Shown here: one piece after another, positions 9,125 to 17,659 of the stretch | Layout of the letters: every line of letters starts with the position of its first letter | How positions within the stretch are numbered: the first letter of the stretch is position 1 | Virus record (IMG/VR): IMGVR_UViG_3300048599_000724 | Location: 1 to 34,178 of that record | Strand: one strand, 5' to 3' | Source of the DNA: a virus | Lineage: Duplodnaviria; Caudoviricetes | DNA length: 34,178 bases | The notes under the pieces: model-generated | Told to the model about the DNA's origin: nothing | Databases searched by the model: none | The model's input: the letters and a program-made list of their open reading frames with translations, nothing else | Translations under genes and position numbers: made by a program

Positions 9125-9469
9125 ATGCAGGAAAAAGTTGTTGGCATTCTGGACCTCGGCGAGCCCGTCACGTGGCCGGCCAAGTTTCGCGATCGGCTGC
9201 GCGGCGTTGCGCTCCTGGGCGTATTCACGATCGCATTGCTGGTGACGCTGCTCATTGCGCCGCCCGCGGTAGGCGAAATCAAAATCGGCGCTACGGCATG
9301 GGGGCTGGCACGCCTCGGCATGGGCGGCTTCGTCGGCTACTGGATCGACCGGCTGCTGTTCCCCTATGCGCGTCCGCATACCCTCGACGGCAACATGGCG
9401 GTGTGGTCGTGGATTCGGCGGGCGATCATCGTCGCCGCGTGCATCCTCGCCGTCGGGATGATCGCCTGA
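9125..9469 (+). CDS. putative holin (3 TM)
   Basis: Hydrophobic segments, GYWIDRLLFPYARP and RRAIIVAACILAV motifs of the putative 2/3-TM holin family; precedes endolysin. Confidence 0.85.
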   Translation: MQEKVVGILDLGEPVTWPAKFRDRLRGVALLGVFTIALLVTLLIAPPAVGEIKIGATAWGLARLGMGGFVGYWIDRLLFPYARPHTLDGNMAVWSWIRRAIIVAACILAVGMIA

Positions 9470-10143
9470 TGCGCGTATTGCTCGTCGCTTTCCTCGCACT
9501 CTGCGCGTCACTCGCATCGCTCGCGCCGTTCGCCGCGGAGCGCGCCGCCCAGGCGGTGGACGCCGCTGCGACAACGCGTGCTGTCGTGCGGGTGCCGCAG
9601 ACGTCGGCGCTGTATCGCCTGCGCGTCGAGCGTGCCGCGGCCGAGTTCTTCGGCCTTGCCGGGCCGCTCGTCGCCGCGCGCCTCGGTTCGCAGTTGCACG
9701 CGGAGAGCGCGTGGAACCCGAGCGCGCATAGTCCCGCCAACGCGCAAGGGCTGGGGCAGTTCGTGCCCGAGACGGCCGAATGGTTGCCGCAGGTTTGTCC
9801 GACGATCGGTGTTGCCGATCCGTGGAATCCGAACTGGGCGATCCGTGCCGCGAGCTGCTACGACGCGTACCTGTTCGTGGCTGTCGACGGCGCCACGTTA
9901 TGCGAACGGTGGGCCTTCGTTTTCTCGGCCTACAACGGCGGTTTGACGTGGGTTCGGCGCGACAAAAAGCGGGCGTCGAGTCTGGGGCTCGATCCAGCTC
10001 GCTGGTTCGGTCACGTCGAGACCACCTCTGCGCGCGCTGATTGGGCGCGCGCGGAGAATCGCGCCTACGTGCGGAAGATCCTGCTCGACTTCGAACCGGC
10101 ATACATCGCAGCCGGCTGGTCAGGCCAGGCGGTATGCCCGTGA
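9469..10143 (+). CDS. endolysin, SLT lytic transglycosylase with N-terminal signal/SAR segment
   Basis: QLHAESAW (catalytic E), AQGLGQF, SAYNGG, ENRAYVRKI motifs; hydrophobic N-terminus; TGATG coupling. Confidence 0.9.
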   Translation: MRVLLVAFLALCASLASLAPFAAERAAQAVDAAATTRAVVRVPQTSALYRLRVERAAAEFFGLAGPLVAARLGSQLHAESAWNPSAHSPANAQGLGQFVPETAEWLPQVCPTIGVADPWNPNWAIRAASCYDAYLFVAVDGATLCERWAFVFSAYNGGLTWVRRDKKRASSLGLDPARWFGHVETTSARADWARAENRAYVRKILLDFEPAYIAAGWSGQAVCP

Positions 10144-10571
10144 GCGCGCGCGTGATCAAGATCGCGATCGCCGCGCTGCTCGCCGCGATCAGCGCATTCC
10201 TCGGCTACGACTACGGGCAGGGACGCAACGCCGACGCGCTCCGCGTCGCGCAGTCCGATCTCGCCGTTTGCAAGAGCGCGGCAAACGCCAATGAAAGCGC
10301 CGTCGCAGACGTCGCGCGCCGGCTCAAGGAACTGCGCGAGCGGCATGAGCAGATGAAGCGCGACGGCGAGGCGGCGATCGCCGCGCGCGACGCGGAAAAC
10401 CAAACCCTGCAGGACGAAGCGGAAGCGCTTCGTTCTGCCATTCGGGAAACCGTTCATGTCGATACGAACTGCGCTGATCTGGCCGTGCGTCCTGTGTGCG
10501 CTGCTGTCGAACGCCGGCTGTGGCCTGCTCCCGCCGCGGCCGACAATCATCACGCGCCCAGTGACCGTTGA
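10140..10571 (+). CDS. Rz-like inner-membrane spanin
   Basis: N-terminal TM then coiled coil, Cys near C-terminus; GTGA coupling to endolysin. Confidence 0.75.
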   Translation: MSARVIKIAIAALLAAISAFLGYDYGQGRNADALRVAQSDLAVCKSAANANESAVADVARRLKELRERHEQMKRDGEAAIAARDAENQTLQDEAEALRSAIRETVHVDTNCADLAVRPVCAAVERRLWPAPAAADNHHAPSDR

Positions 10572-10791
10572 AGTACCCGTGCCGGTGTATCGGCCGCTGC
10601 CGACGGCGCTGACGGCGCCGCTGCCGTTGCCGCCGCCACCGCCGCGGCTGTGCCGTCGCGCCGACACGACGGCCGCCGTGTGCGAGCTGGACGCGCTGCT
10701 GCAAATCCCCGTGCTCGAAGCGGTCATCAAGCTCGCCAATCGGGACCGCGCACGTGCGGCACTGCTCGGAGCCAACGATGGCCAGCAGTAA
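10456..10791 (+). CDS. Rz1-like outer-membrane lipoprotein spanin (overlapped architecture)
   Basis: Signal with lipobox-like LSNAGC, Pro-rich mature part, starts inside Rz in another frame. Confidence 0.75.
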   Translation: MSIRTALIWPCVLCALLSNAGCGLLPPRPTIITRPVTVEVPVPVYRPLPTALTAPLPLPPPPPRLCRRADTTAAVCELDALLQIPVLEAVIKLANRDRARAALLGANDGQQ

Positions 10792-10978
10792 GCGCGATGC
10801 GTTGGCGGCGCTCGCCGAGCGCTGGACGAATGAAGCGTTCGGCTACGAGTCGGCCCTTCGGCATCGCCCAAACGAGTACTCGCCGAAGGAGCGCGGCTTG
10901 TTGGAGATGCATGCACGCGTCAAGCACGCCTGCGCAGCCGAACTGAAAGCCGAGCTGGCGCGCATACGGCGCGACTAG
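10778..10978 (+). CDS. hypothetical protein (66 aa)
   Basis: GGAG SD at 10768, ATG 10778; fills gap between spanin and TraR-like gene. Confidence 0.6.
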   Translation: MASSKRDALAALAERWTNEAFGYESALRHRPNEYSPKERGLLEMHARVKHACAAELKAELARIRRD

Positions 10979-11004
10979 CGCGCACGAAAAAAGAGAGCGT
11001 TGGA

Positions 11005-11250
11005 GTGACCGATGAAATCGACCGCGCGCAGGAGCGCGAACAGCTCGACCGCGACTTGGCCTTGCGCGCCGCGCAACAGCGCATCGCCAAGGCACACACG
11101 CCGCGTGCCGCGGCCGTGGCAGCGACGTGCGTCGACTGCCACGAAGCGATCGAGCCCGAACGGCTGCGCGTCTTGCGGGGCACCTGCCGCTGCGCCGAAT
11201 GCGCGCACGTCTTCGAGGCGCGCATGAAGAGGCAGGCATGGAAATCGTAG
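11005..11250 (+). CDS. TraR/DksA C4 zinc-finger protein
   Basis: MTDEIDRA (DxxDxA) N-terminus; CVDC...IEPERL...RCAEC zinc finger. Confidence 0.9.
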   Translation: MTDEIDRAQEREQLDRDLALRAAQQRIAKAHTPRAAAVAATCVDCHEAIEPERLRVLRGTCRCAECAHVFEARMKRQAWKS

Positions 11251-11546
11251 TCAGCGTCGATCGCCTGTTGCAGCTCGGCGCGTTCGCCGTTCTTGCGTGG
11301 CTCCTGTTGCAGCGGCGCGGCGACAAGGCGGCCGAGACGATGCGCGAACAACTGGCAGCCGCCGACAAACGCATCAGCGTGCTGGAAACGACGGTGGAGC
11401 ACATGCCGACGCACGGCGATATGCAGTCGATCCAGCGCGAGCTGCGCGACCTCAACGCACGCGTATCGGGTCTCGACGAACGCAGTGAGAACCTGCTCGA
11501 CATGGTTCGTACCGTGCAGCAGCACTTGTTGGAGCAGAGCGAATGA
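11238..11546 (+). CDS. DUF2730 family (Mu gp25-like) membrane/coiled-coil protein
   Basis: N-terminal TM, RISVLETTVEHMPTHGD motif, synteny. Confidence 0.75.
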   Translation: MEIVVSVDRLLQLGAFAVLAWLLLQRRGDKAAETMREQLAAADKRISVLETTVEHMPTHGDMQSIQRELRDLNARVSGLDERSENLLDMVRTVQQHLLEQSE

Positions 11547-11836
11547 ATTTTGCCGAACGGCTCAAAGCGGACCAGCGCCTGGTGATCCTGCGCCTTCTCT
11601 CGGAAATGCCGGGCTATCAGGCCAACAGCACGGTGCTGTCGGTCGGCCTCGATCACCTCGGACACGCGGTCAGCCGCGACCAGGTGAAGACGCACCTGCA
11701 CTGGCTCGCCGAGCAGTCGTTGCTGGCGATCGACGAAGCCGTGCCGGGCGTGCTCGTCGCGCGCTTGAACGAGCGTGGACACGACGTCGCGCGCGGTCGC
11801 GCGACGGTGCCGGGCGTGTCGCGCCCCGGCGCGTAG
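11543..11836 (+). CDS. Mu gp26-like winged-helix protein
   Basis: DQRLVILRLLSE.PGYQANS..L...SRDQVKT.L.WLAEQ..RG.DVARGRATVPGVSRP. Confidence 0.85.
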   Translation: MNFAERLKADQRLVILRLLSEMPGYQANSTVLSVGLDHLGHAVSRDQVKTHLHWLAEQSLLAIDEAVPGVLVARLNERGHDVARGRATVPGVSRPGA

Positions 11837-11844
11837 GAGGCCGC

Positions 11845-12069
11845 ATGGACAACCAGCATCGCAGGATCGCGGGCGAACGCGAATTGGACCAAGACGAAAT
11901 CGATCTGGTCAACCTCATCACCGAGAACGGCGACCAGCTCGGCGCGGCGATCGCCGCGATCGAGGCGTTGCCGCAGACCGACAAGCGCGCGGCGGTCGTC
12001 GCGAAGACGCACCTGCAAACCGGTCTGATGTGGCTGCGCCGTTCGATCGCGCGGCCGGAGTCGTTCTGA
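11845..12069 (+). CDS. acb2: Acb2-family cyclic-nucleotide sponge (anti-CBASS) homolog, 74 aa
   Basis: SD AGGAGG; MDNQHRRIAGERELDQDEIDLVN and AKTHLQTGLMWLRRSIARPESF match the recalled Acb2 termini [23 protein letters not shown] and [22 protein letters not shown]. Confidence 0.88.
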   Translation: MDNQHRRIAGERELDQDEIDLVNLITENGDQLGAAIAAIEALPQTDKRAAVVAKTHLQTGLMWLRRSIARPESF

Positions 12070-12599
12070 TGGCCCGTCGTTCGAGGTCGAGCATCACGAA
12101 GCTGCCGACCGAAGCGCGCAGCTACATCGAAAAGCTTCTGCGCGAGGATCGCCTGTCGCTCGACGAGATGATCGACGACATCCGCCGGAAGTTCCCGACG
12201 TCGACGCCGAGCCGCAGCACGTTGCACCGCTACCAGGCCAGCATCGACGAGGTCATCGGCCGCACCCGCGACATCGACGCGGCGTCGCGCGCGCTCGTCA
12301 GCGAGCTGGGCGAGAACCCCGACGACAAGGCCGGCGCGCTGCTCGTGCACGCGGTCACGACGCTGGCCGTTCATGCTGCGATGAACGCGCAGCAGAACAG
12401 CGAGCTGTCGATCGCCGACGTGCGCAAGTTCGCCGCGGCGGCCAAGGACACCATCGCTGCGCGCTCGATGTCGTTGCGCGAGCGGCAGGCGATCCGCGAG
12501 GAAGCGGCGAAACAGGCCGGCGACGCCGCGCGCGACGCCGGACTGTCCGAAGACACCGTCGAGAAGATTCGCGCGCGGGTGCTCAAAGGGGCCGCGTAG
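12069..12599 (+). CDS. terminase small subunit (DUF3486 / Mu gp27 family)
   Basis: MARRSRSSITKLP...PSRSTLHRY signature; TGATG coupling; precedes TerL. Confidence 0.88.
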   Translation: MARRSRSSITKLPTEARSYIEKLLREDRLSLDEMIDDIRRKFPTSTPSRSTLHRYQASIDEVIGRTRDIDAASRALVSELGENPDDKAGALLVHAVTTLAVHAAMNAQQNSELSIADVRKFAAAAKDTIAARSMSLRERQAIREEAAKQAGDAARDAGLSEDTVEKIRARVLKGAA

Positions 12600-14017
12600 T
12601 GGGAAACGCGCGCATCATCCCGGAGAACCGCGATGGGCTGTTTCTCGGCTACCAGATGCGGTGGGTGGAGGATCAGAGCCGCCTCAAGCTCATGGAGAAA
12701 GGCCGCCAGATCGGCCTGTCGTGGAGCACGGCCTACGCCGCGGTGGAGCGCACTGCGCGCAAGGACGCGCGGCACGACCAGTGGGTCAGCAGTCGCGACG
12801 ACTTGCAGGCACGCCTGTTCGTCGAGGACTGCAAGATGTGGTCGGGCGTGCTCGACCTCGCCGCGCGCGACCTCGGCGAAATCGTCGTCGACGCGACGAA
12901 GAAGCAAACGGCGTACTCGCTTCAGTTCGCCACCAAGCGCCGCATCCACAGCATGTCGAGCAATCCGGACGCGCAAGCCGGCAAGCGCGGTGGCCGCGTG
13001 CTCGACGAGTTCGCGCTCCATCCTGACGCGCGTCTGCTCTGGTCGATCGCGTATCCGGGCATCACCTGGGGCGGCTCGCTCGAAGTCATCAGCACGCATC
13101 GCGGTTCGCACAATTTTTTCAACCAGCTCGTGCGCGAGGTGCGCGAAGGCGGCAACCCGAAGAAGATCAGCCTGCACCGCGTCACGCTCGAAGACGCGTT
13201 GAACGATGGGTTCCTCTACAAGCTGCAACAGGCGTTGCCCGACGACGACGAACGGCAGGAGATGGACGAGGCGGCGTACTTCGCCTCGGTGCGCGCTGGC
13301 TGCGCCGACGAGGAATCGTTCCTGCAGGAGTACATGTGCCAGCCGGCCGACGACGACGTCGCGTTCCTCGAATACGACCTCATTGCCGCGTGCGAGTACG
13401 CCCAGGGCTTCGACTGGCAAACGATCGAAGGCCGAAACCTGTATGCCGGCATCGACATCGGCCGCAAGCGCGACCTGACCGTGCTGTGGGTGTTCGAGCT
13501 GCTCGGCGACGTGCTGTACACCCGGCACGTCGAATGCCTGGAACGCATGTCGAAGCCGGACCAGGAGGCGATCCTCTGGCCGTGGATCGAACGTTGCCGC
13601 CGAACCTGCATCGACGCGACCGGCCTCGGTATTGGCTGGGTCGACGACGCACAGAAACGTTTCGGTGTAGAGCGCGTCGAAGGCGTGACGTTTACGTCGC
13701 GTGTGAAGGAGGCACTCGCGTATCCGGTGCGCGGTCGCATGCAGGATCGCAAGGTGCGCATTCCCTACGACCCGAAGATTCGCGCCGATCTGCGTTCGTT
13801 GACGAAGCAAACGACCGTGGCCGGCAACATCCGCTTCACGGCCGAGCGTACGCCCGACGGCCACGCCGACCGCTTCTGGGCGCTTGCGTTGGGCCAGCAC
13901 GCCGCGTCGTCGCCGGTGGCACCGATCGCGTTCACGCCCGTTCCTTCTGCACCGCGCGGCTTCGGCGACAAACGCGGCGACAGTGATATCGAAATCGGAG
14001 AGCGCCGCTCATGGTGA
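12599..14017 (+). CDS. terminase large subunit (Mu gp28-like)
   Basis: EKGRQIGLSW, VLDEFA, ISTH motifs; nuclease GIDIGRKRD, IDATGLG, HADRFWA. Confidence 0.95.
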   Translation: MGNARIIPENRDGLFLGYQMRWVEDQSRLKLMEKGRQIGLSWSTAYAAVERTARKDARHDQWVSSRDDLQARLFVEDCKMWSGVLDLAARDLGEIVVDATKKQTAYSLQFATKRRIHSMSSNPDAQAGKRGGRVLDEFALHPDARLLWSIAYPGITWGGSLEVISTHRGSHNFFNQLVREVREGGNPKKISLHRVTLEDALNDGFLYKLQQALPDDDERQEMDEAAYFASVRAGCADEESFLQEYMCQPADDDVAFLEYDLIAACEYAQGFDWQTIEGRNLYAGIDIGRKRDLTVLWVFELLGDVLYTRHVECLERMSKPDQEAILWPWIERCRRTCIDATGLGIGWVDDAQKRFGVERVEGVTFTSRVKEALAYPVRGRMQDRKVRIPYDPKIRADLRSLTKQTTVAGNIRFTAERTPDGHADRFWALALGQHAASSPVAPIAFTPVPSAPRGFGDKRGDSDIEIGERRSW

Positions 14018-15585
14018 ACTTTGTCGACCAGTTCGGCCGACCGCTGCGACGCGAGCAGCTCGCCGAACCGCAGACCAGCAGGCTCGCGCAGTTGCAGCGC
14101 GAGTTCGCGCAGCATCCCGCGCGCGGCCTGACGCCGACGCGCTTAGCGCGCATTCTCGAAGACGCCGAGCAAGGCGACGTGATCGCGCAATATGAACTCT
14201 TCGAGGACATGGAAGAGCGCGACACGCACATCCTGTCGGAGATGGGGAAGCGGCGTCGCGCGCTGTTGAGTCTCGAATGGAGCATCGAGCCGCCGAAGAA
14301 CGCGACGGCCGCCGAGAAGGCCGCGACCGACGGGCTGCGCGAGCTGCTGCCGGAAATTCCCGACTTCGAAGACATCCTGTTCGATTGCACGGACGCGATA
14401 GGCAAAGGATTCGTCTGCCAGGAAATCGAGTGGGCGCAGCAGGAAAACGTGTGGCTGCCGGCGTCGATCGAGCATCGCCCGCAGAGCTGGTTCCAGCTCT
14501 TGCGCGGCTATCGCCAACAGATTCGCCTGCGCGACGGTGCGAGCACCGGCGCCGAGCTGTTCCCGTTCGGCTGGATCACGCACGTCCACCGCGCCAAGAG
14601 CGGCTACATCGAGCGCGCCGCGTTGTTCCGGTCGTTGGTGTGGCCGTATCTGTTCAAGTCGTACTCGATCGGCGACCTTGCGGAATTTCTGGAAATCTAC
14701 GGAATTCCCATGCGGCTCGGCACGTATCCGGCCGACGCGAAGGAAGAAGACAAGGTCACGCTCCTTCGCGCGCTCGCGCGCATCGGACATGACGCCGCTG
14801 GCATCATCCCCGAGGGAATGAAGATTGATTTCAAGGACGCCGCCGAGGGTGACCCCGCTGCGTTCGTCGCGATGATCGACTGGTGCGAGCGCAGTCAGTC
14901 GAAAGCGATCCTGGGCGGCACGCTCACGAGCCAGGCCGACCGCGGTTCGAACACGAACGCGCTCGGCAACGTGCACAACGACGTGCGCATGGACCTGCGC
15001 GACGGCGACGCCAAGCAGATCGCGACGACTCTCACGCGGGATTTGTTGTATCCGATCGCGGCGTTGAACTTCCCGGCGATCCGCGGCGTACGCCGCTGCC
15101 CGCGCTTCGTCTTCAACACGCGTTCCGCGGCCGACCTGAAGCTCTACGCCGAGTCGCTGCCGCCGCTGGTCAAGGCGGGCGCACAGATTCCGGTGTCGTG
15201 GGTGCACGAGCAGTTGCGCATCCCGAAGCCCGTCGAGGGCGAGCCGGTGCTTCAGGTGCAGGACGAACCCGCGGCGAAACCCGCGGCGCCTCCGGCGAAG
15301 ACGGCTGCGCGACGTGCGCTGCCGGCACCGGCCGAGCGCGATCCGACGCCGATCACCGCGCAGGCCGGCGCGCTCGCCGACCAGGCGGCGCCGGCCTGGA
15401 CCGCCGTACTCGACCACGTACGCGACCTGGTCGAGTCGGCGCCAGACTTGCCGACGCTGCGCGAGGCGTTGCTGACGAGCTACGCGAACCTACCGATCGC
15501 CACGCTCGGCCAGGTGATGACGATGGCGATGACGGCCGCCGAGCTGGCCGGCCGATTCGACGTCACGCAAGAATCCGATGGCTGA
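14011..15585 (+). CDS. portal protein (DUF935 / Mu gp29)
   Basis: GLTPTRLARIL..AEQGD, EFLEIYGIPMRLG.Y, SKAILGGTLT, ALGNVHNDVR. Confidence 0.95.
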   Translation: MVNFVDQFGRPLRREQLAEPQTSRLAQLQREFAQHPARGLTPTRLARILEDAEQGDVIAQYELFEDMEERDTHILSEMGKRRRALLSLEWSIEPPKNATAAEKAATDGLRELLPEIPDFEDILFDCTDAIGKGFVCQEIEWAQQENVWLPASIEHRPQSWFQLLRGYRQQIRLRDGASTGAELFPFGWITHVHRAKSGYIERAALFRSLVWPYLFKSYSIGDLAEFLEIYGIPMRLGTYPADAKEEDKVTLLRALARIGHDAAGIIPEGMKIDFKDAAEGDPAAFVAMIDWCERSQSKAILGGTLTSQADRGSNTNALGNVHNDVRMDLRDGDAKQIATTLTRDLLYPIAALNFPAIRGVRRCPRFVFNTRSAADLKLYAESLPPLVKAGAQIPVSWVHEQLRIPKPVEGEPVLQVQDEPAAKPAAPPAKTAARRALPAPAERDPTPITAQAGALADQAAPAWTAVLDHVRDLVESAPDLPTLREALLTSYANLPIATLGQVMTMAMTAAELAGRFDVTQESDG

Positions 15586-16816
15586 TCCGAGCGCGCTCGA
15601 TCCGGCTATCAGCGGCGTTCTGCGGCGGCCCTTCGCCGACCAGGTCGCGTTCTTCCGCGGCAAGCTCGGCAACCTCGTGCCGACAGCGCGCTGGACGGAC
15701 ATGCAGCGCGACGCGCACGACCGTGGCTTCATGGTCGCCGGTGCGCAGAGCGCCGATCTGTTGTCGGGGCTGGCCGCGGCCGTCGATCGGGCGATCACGC
15801 AAGGCACGAGCATCGACGCCTTCCGCAAGGACTTCGCCGCGCTGGTCGCGCGTTCGGGTTGGAGCTACCGCGGCGATTTCAACTGGCGCACGCGGACGAT
15901 CTACACGACGAACATCGCGACGAGCTACAACGCCGGGCGCCTGGCACAGTTGCTCGACGGCGATTTTCCGCTGTGGCGGTACGTGCACGCCGACAGCGTG
16001 CTGCATCCGCGTCCGTTGCATGTGAGCTGGAATGGCGTCACGTTGCCGCCGCATCACGTCTGGTGGCTCACGCACTACACGCCGAATGGGTGGGGCTGCC
16101 ATTGCCGCGTGGTTGGCGTGCGCAGTTACGACGCGTCGGCACGCTACGGCACCGTCAAGCGCGACGCCCCGAACGACGGCATCGATCCGAAGACCGGCGC
16201 GCCGGCCGGCATCGACGCCGGTTGGGACTACGCGCCCGGCAACACCGTCAGCGACACGGTCCGCGCCGTCGCGGCGAAGACGCAGCAGTGGGAATACACG
16301 CTCGCGAAGGCGTACATGCAGGGCGTGCCGCCTGGCGTCCGCGATGAGCTGGCGATGGCGTACCGCGCGCTGCCTTCGGTTGCCGACGATACGCGCCGCT
16401 ATGCGCAGCGTGCCCTGGACGACACCGCCGCGACGACGCTCGCCCCGTATCACACGCTGGGCCTCGCGACCGCCGACCAGGTGGCGACGGTACAGCGATT
16501 GCTCGGACGCAACGTCGACGGCTACGACTTCGCGCTCGACCCGAACGCGCCGCGCCATATCCAGCGCGTGCACGGCGACGAGGCCGTCGAGGCGCCACGT
16601 GGCCAGCGCGCCGTCACGACGGCCGACTACGCGCGGTTGCCGGCGACGATCAACAACCCCGACCGAATCTGGTCAGACGGTGACGAACTGCTGATTGAGA
16701 AAGCGTTCGGGACCGAAACGCTGGTGGCCGTCTTCGGGGTGCTCACGAAGCGGCGAATGCTCAATCTCAAATCCTTGCGGATCTATCGCAAGGCGCCCCC
16801 GCGCTCAACGTCCTAG
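15578..16816 (+). CDS. MuF (gpF) head morphogenesis protein with C-terminal PBECR-type nuclease extension
   Basis: MuF core (PRPLH.SWNG..LP..H.WW..HYTPNGWGCHCRV, GIDAGWDYAPG); C-terminal ~120 aa with RHIQRVHG..E..RGQRAVT.ADY..LP..INNPD resembling PBECR3. Confidence 0.85.
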   Translation: MADPSALDPAISGVLRRPFADQVAFFRGKLGNLVPTARWTDMQRDAHDRGFMVAGAQSADLLSGLAAAVDRAITQGTSIDAFRKDFAALVARSGWSYRGDFNWRTRTIYTTNIATSYNAGRLAQLLDGDFPLWRYVHADSVLHPRPLHVSWNGVTLPPHHVWWLTHYTPNGWGCHCRVVGVRSYDASARYGTVKRDAPNDGIDPKTGAPAGIDAGWDYAPGNTVSDTVRAVAAKTQQWEYTLAKAYMQGVPPGVRDELAMAYRALPSVADDTRRYAQRALDDTAATTLAPYHTLGLATADQVATVQRLLGRNVDGYDFALDPNAPRHIQRVHGDEAVEAPRGQRAVTTADYARLPATINNPDRIWSDGDELLIEKAFGTETLVAVFGVLTKRRMLNLKSLRIYRKAPPRSTS

Positions 16817-16871
16817 GCGTTCAGGGTATGAGCCCGCGCCACGATGGCCCCTTGCTCGATCAGGTTACCAC

Positions 16872-17408
16872 ATGATCACCGTCACCCTCGAAGACACCGC
16901 GTTCCAGGCCGCGATGGCGCATCTCAAACGTGCGGGCGCGACGCCGCGGCCGTTGCTGCAGGAGATCGGCGAACACCTTGTCGAGACCACCAAGCAGCGG
17001 TTCGAGACCTCGCGATCGCCGGACGGCAACCTGTGGGACGCGAACCGTCCGAGCACGCTCGATCGCTACCTCGCGCGCTACAAGGGCGCGTTCAAGAAAG
17101 ACGGTAGCCTGTCGAAGGCGGGCAAGGCGCGCGCCGGCAACAAGAAGCCCCTGATCGGCGAGACGCGCGCGCTATCGACCACCATCCACTATCTCGTCGG
17201 TGCCTCCGCGCTCGAAGTCGGTAGTTCAAGGATTCAGGCCGGCGTGCAGCAATTCGGCGCCGCCGCCCGTAGCTTCAGCGGCGGCCGTTCGCCCTGGGGC
17301 GACATTCCCGCGCGCCCCTTCCTCGGCCTCTCCGTCGCCGACCGCGCCGCGATACTGGAAATGGCCCGCGACTATCTCGGCGACGCCGTCGACGGGTCGG
17401 CCGCCTGA
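16872..17408 (+). CDS. virion morphogenesis protein (Mu gpG-like)
   Basis: LLQEIGEHL...TKQRF....SPDG..W, QFG, DIPARPFLGLS. Confidence 0.92.
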   Translation: MITVTLEDTAFQAAMAHLKRAGATPRPLLQEIGEHLVETTKQRFETSRSPDGNLWDANRPSTLDRYLARYKGAFKKDGSLSKAGKARAGNKKPLIGETRALSTTIHYLVGASALEVGSSRIQAGVQQFGAAARSFSGGRSPWGDIPARPFLGLSVADRAAILEMARDYLGDAVDGSAA

Positions 17409-17659
17409 GCGCGCCTGTGGCGCGTTCTGATGCTCGGCTCGCTGCGACGGGGCGTCCGCGAGGGCGATCCGCGGCGTTAAACGGGTTTCGAAGGCCGTTA
17501 AACGCCTTCACGGTCGGGGCCGCCGCCGTGGTCGACGGCATCCGGTGCGTGATAGGCTGATTTCCATGCCCGCGGGTGCACGGCGACGCCGGCCTCGCCG
17601 CCGGCATTTCTCACGCCTCGTTTCCCGCCGCCGACCGTTCCGGTTCGCGCCGTAGTCAG

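Noticed and set aside
12371-15417. Long minus-strand ORFs (509 aa, 424 aa; likewise 19385-20845 and 26271-28526)
   Set aside because: Shadow frames antisense to well-supported genes; expected in high-GC DNA; no motifs or SD
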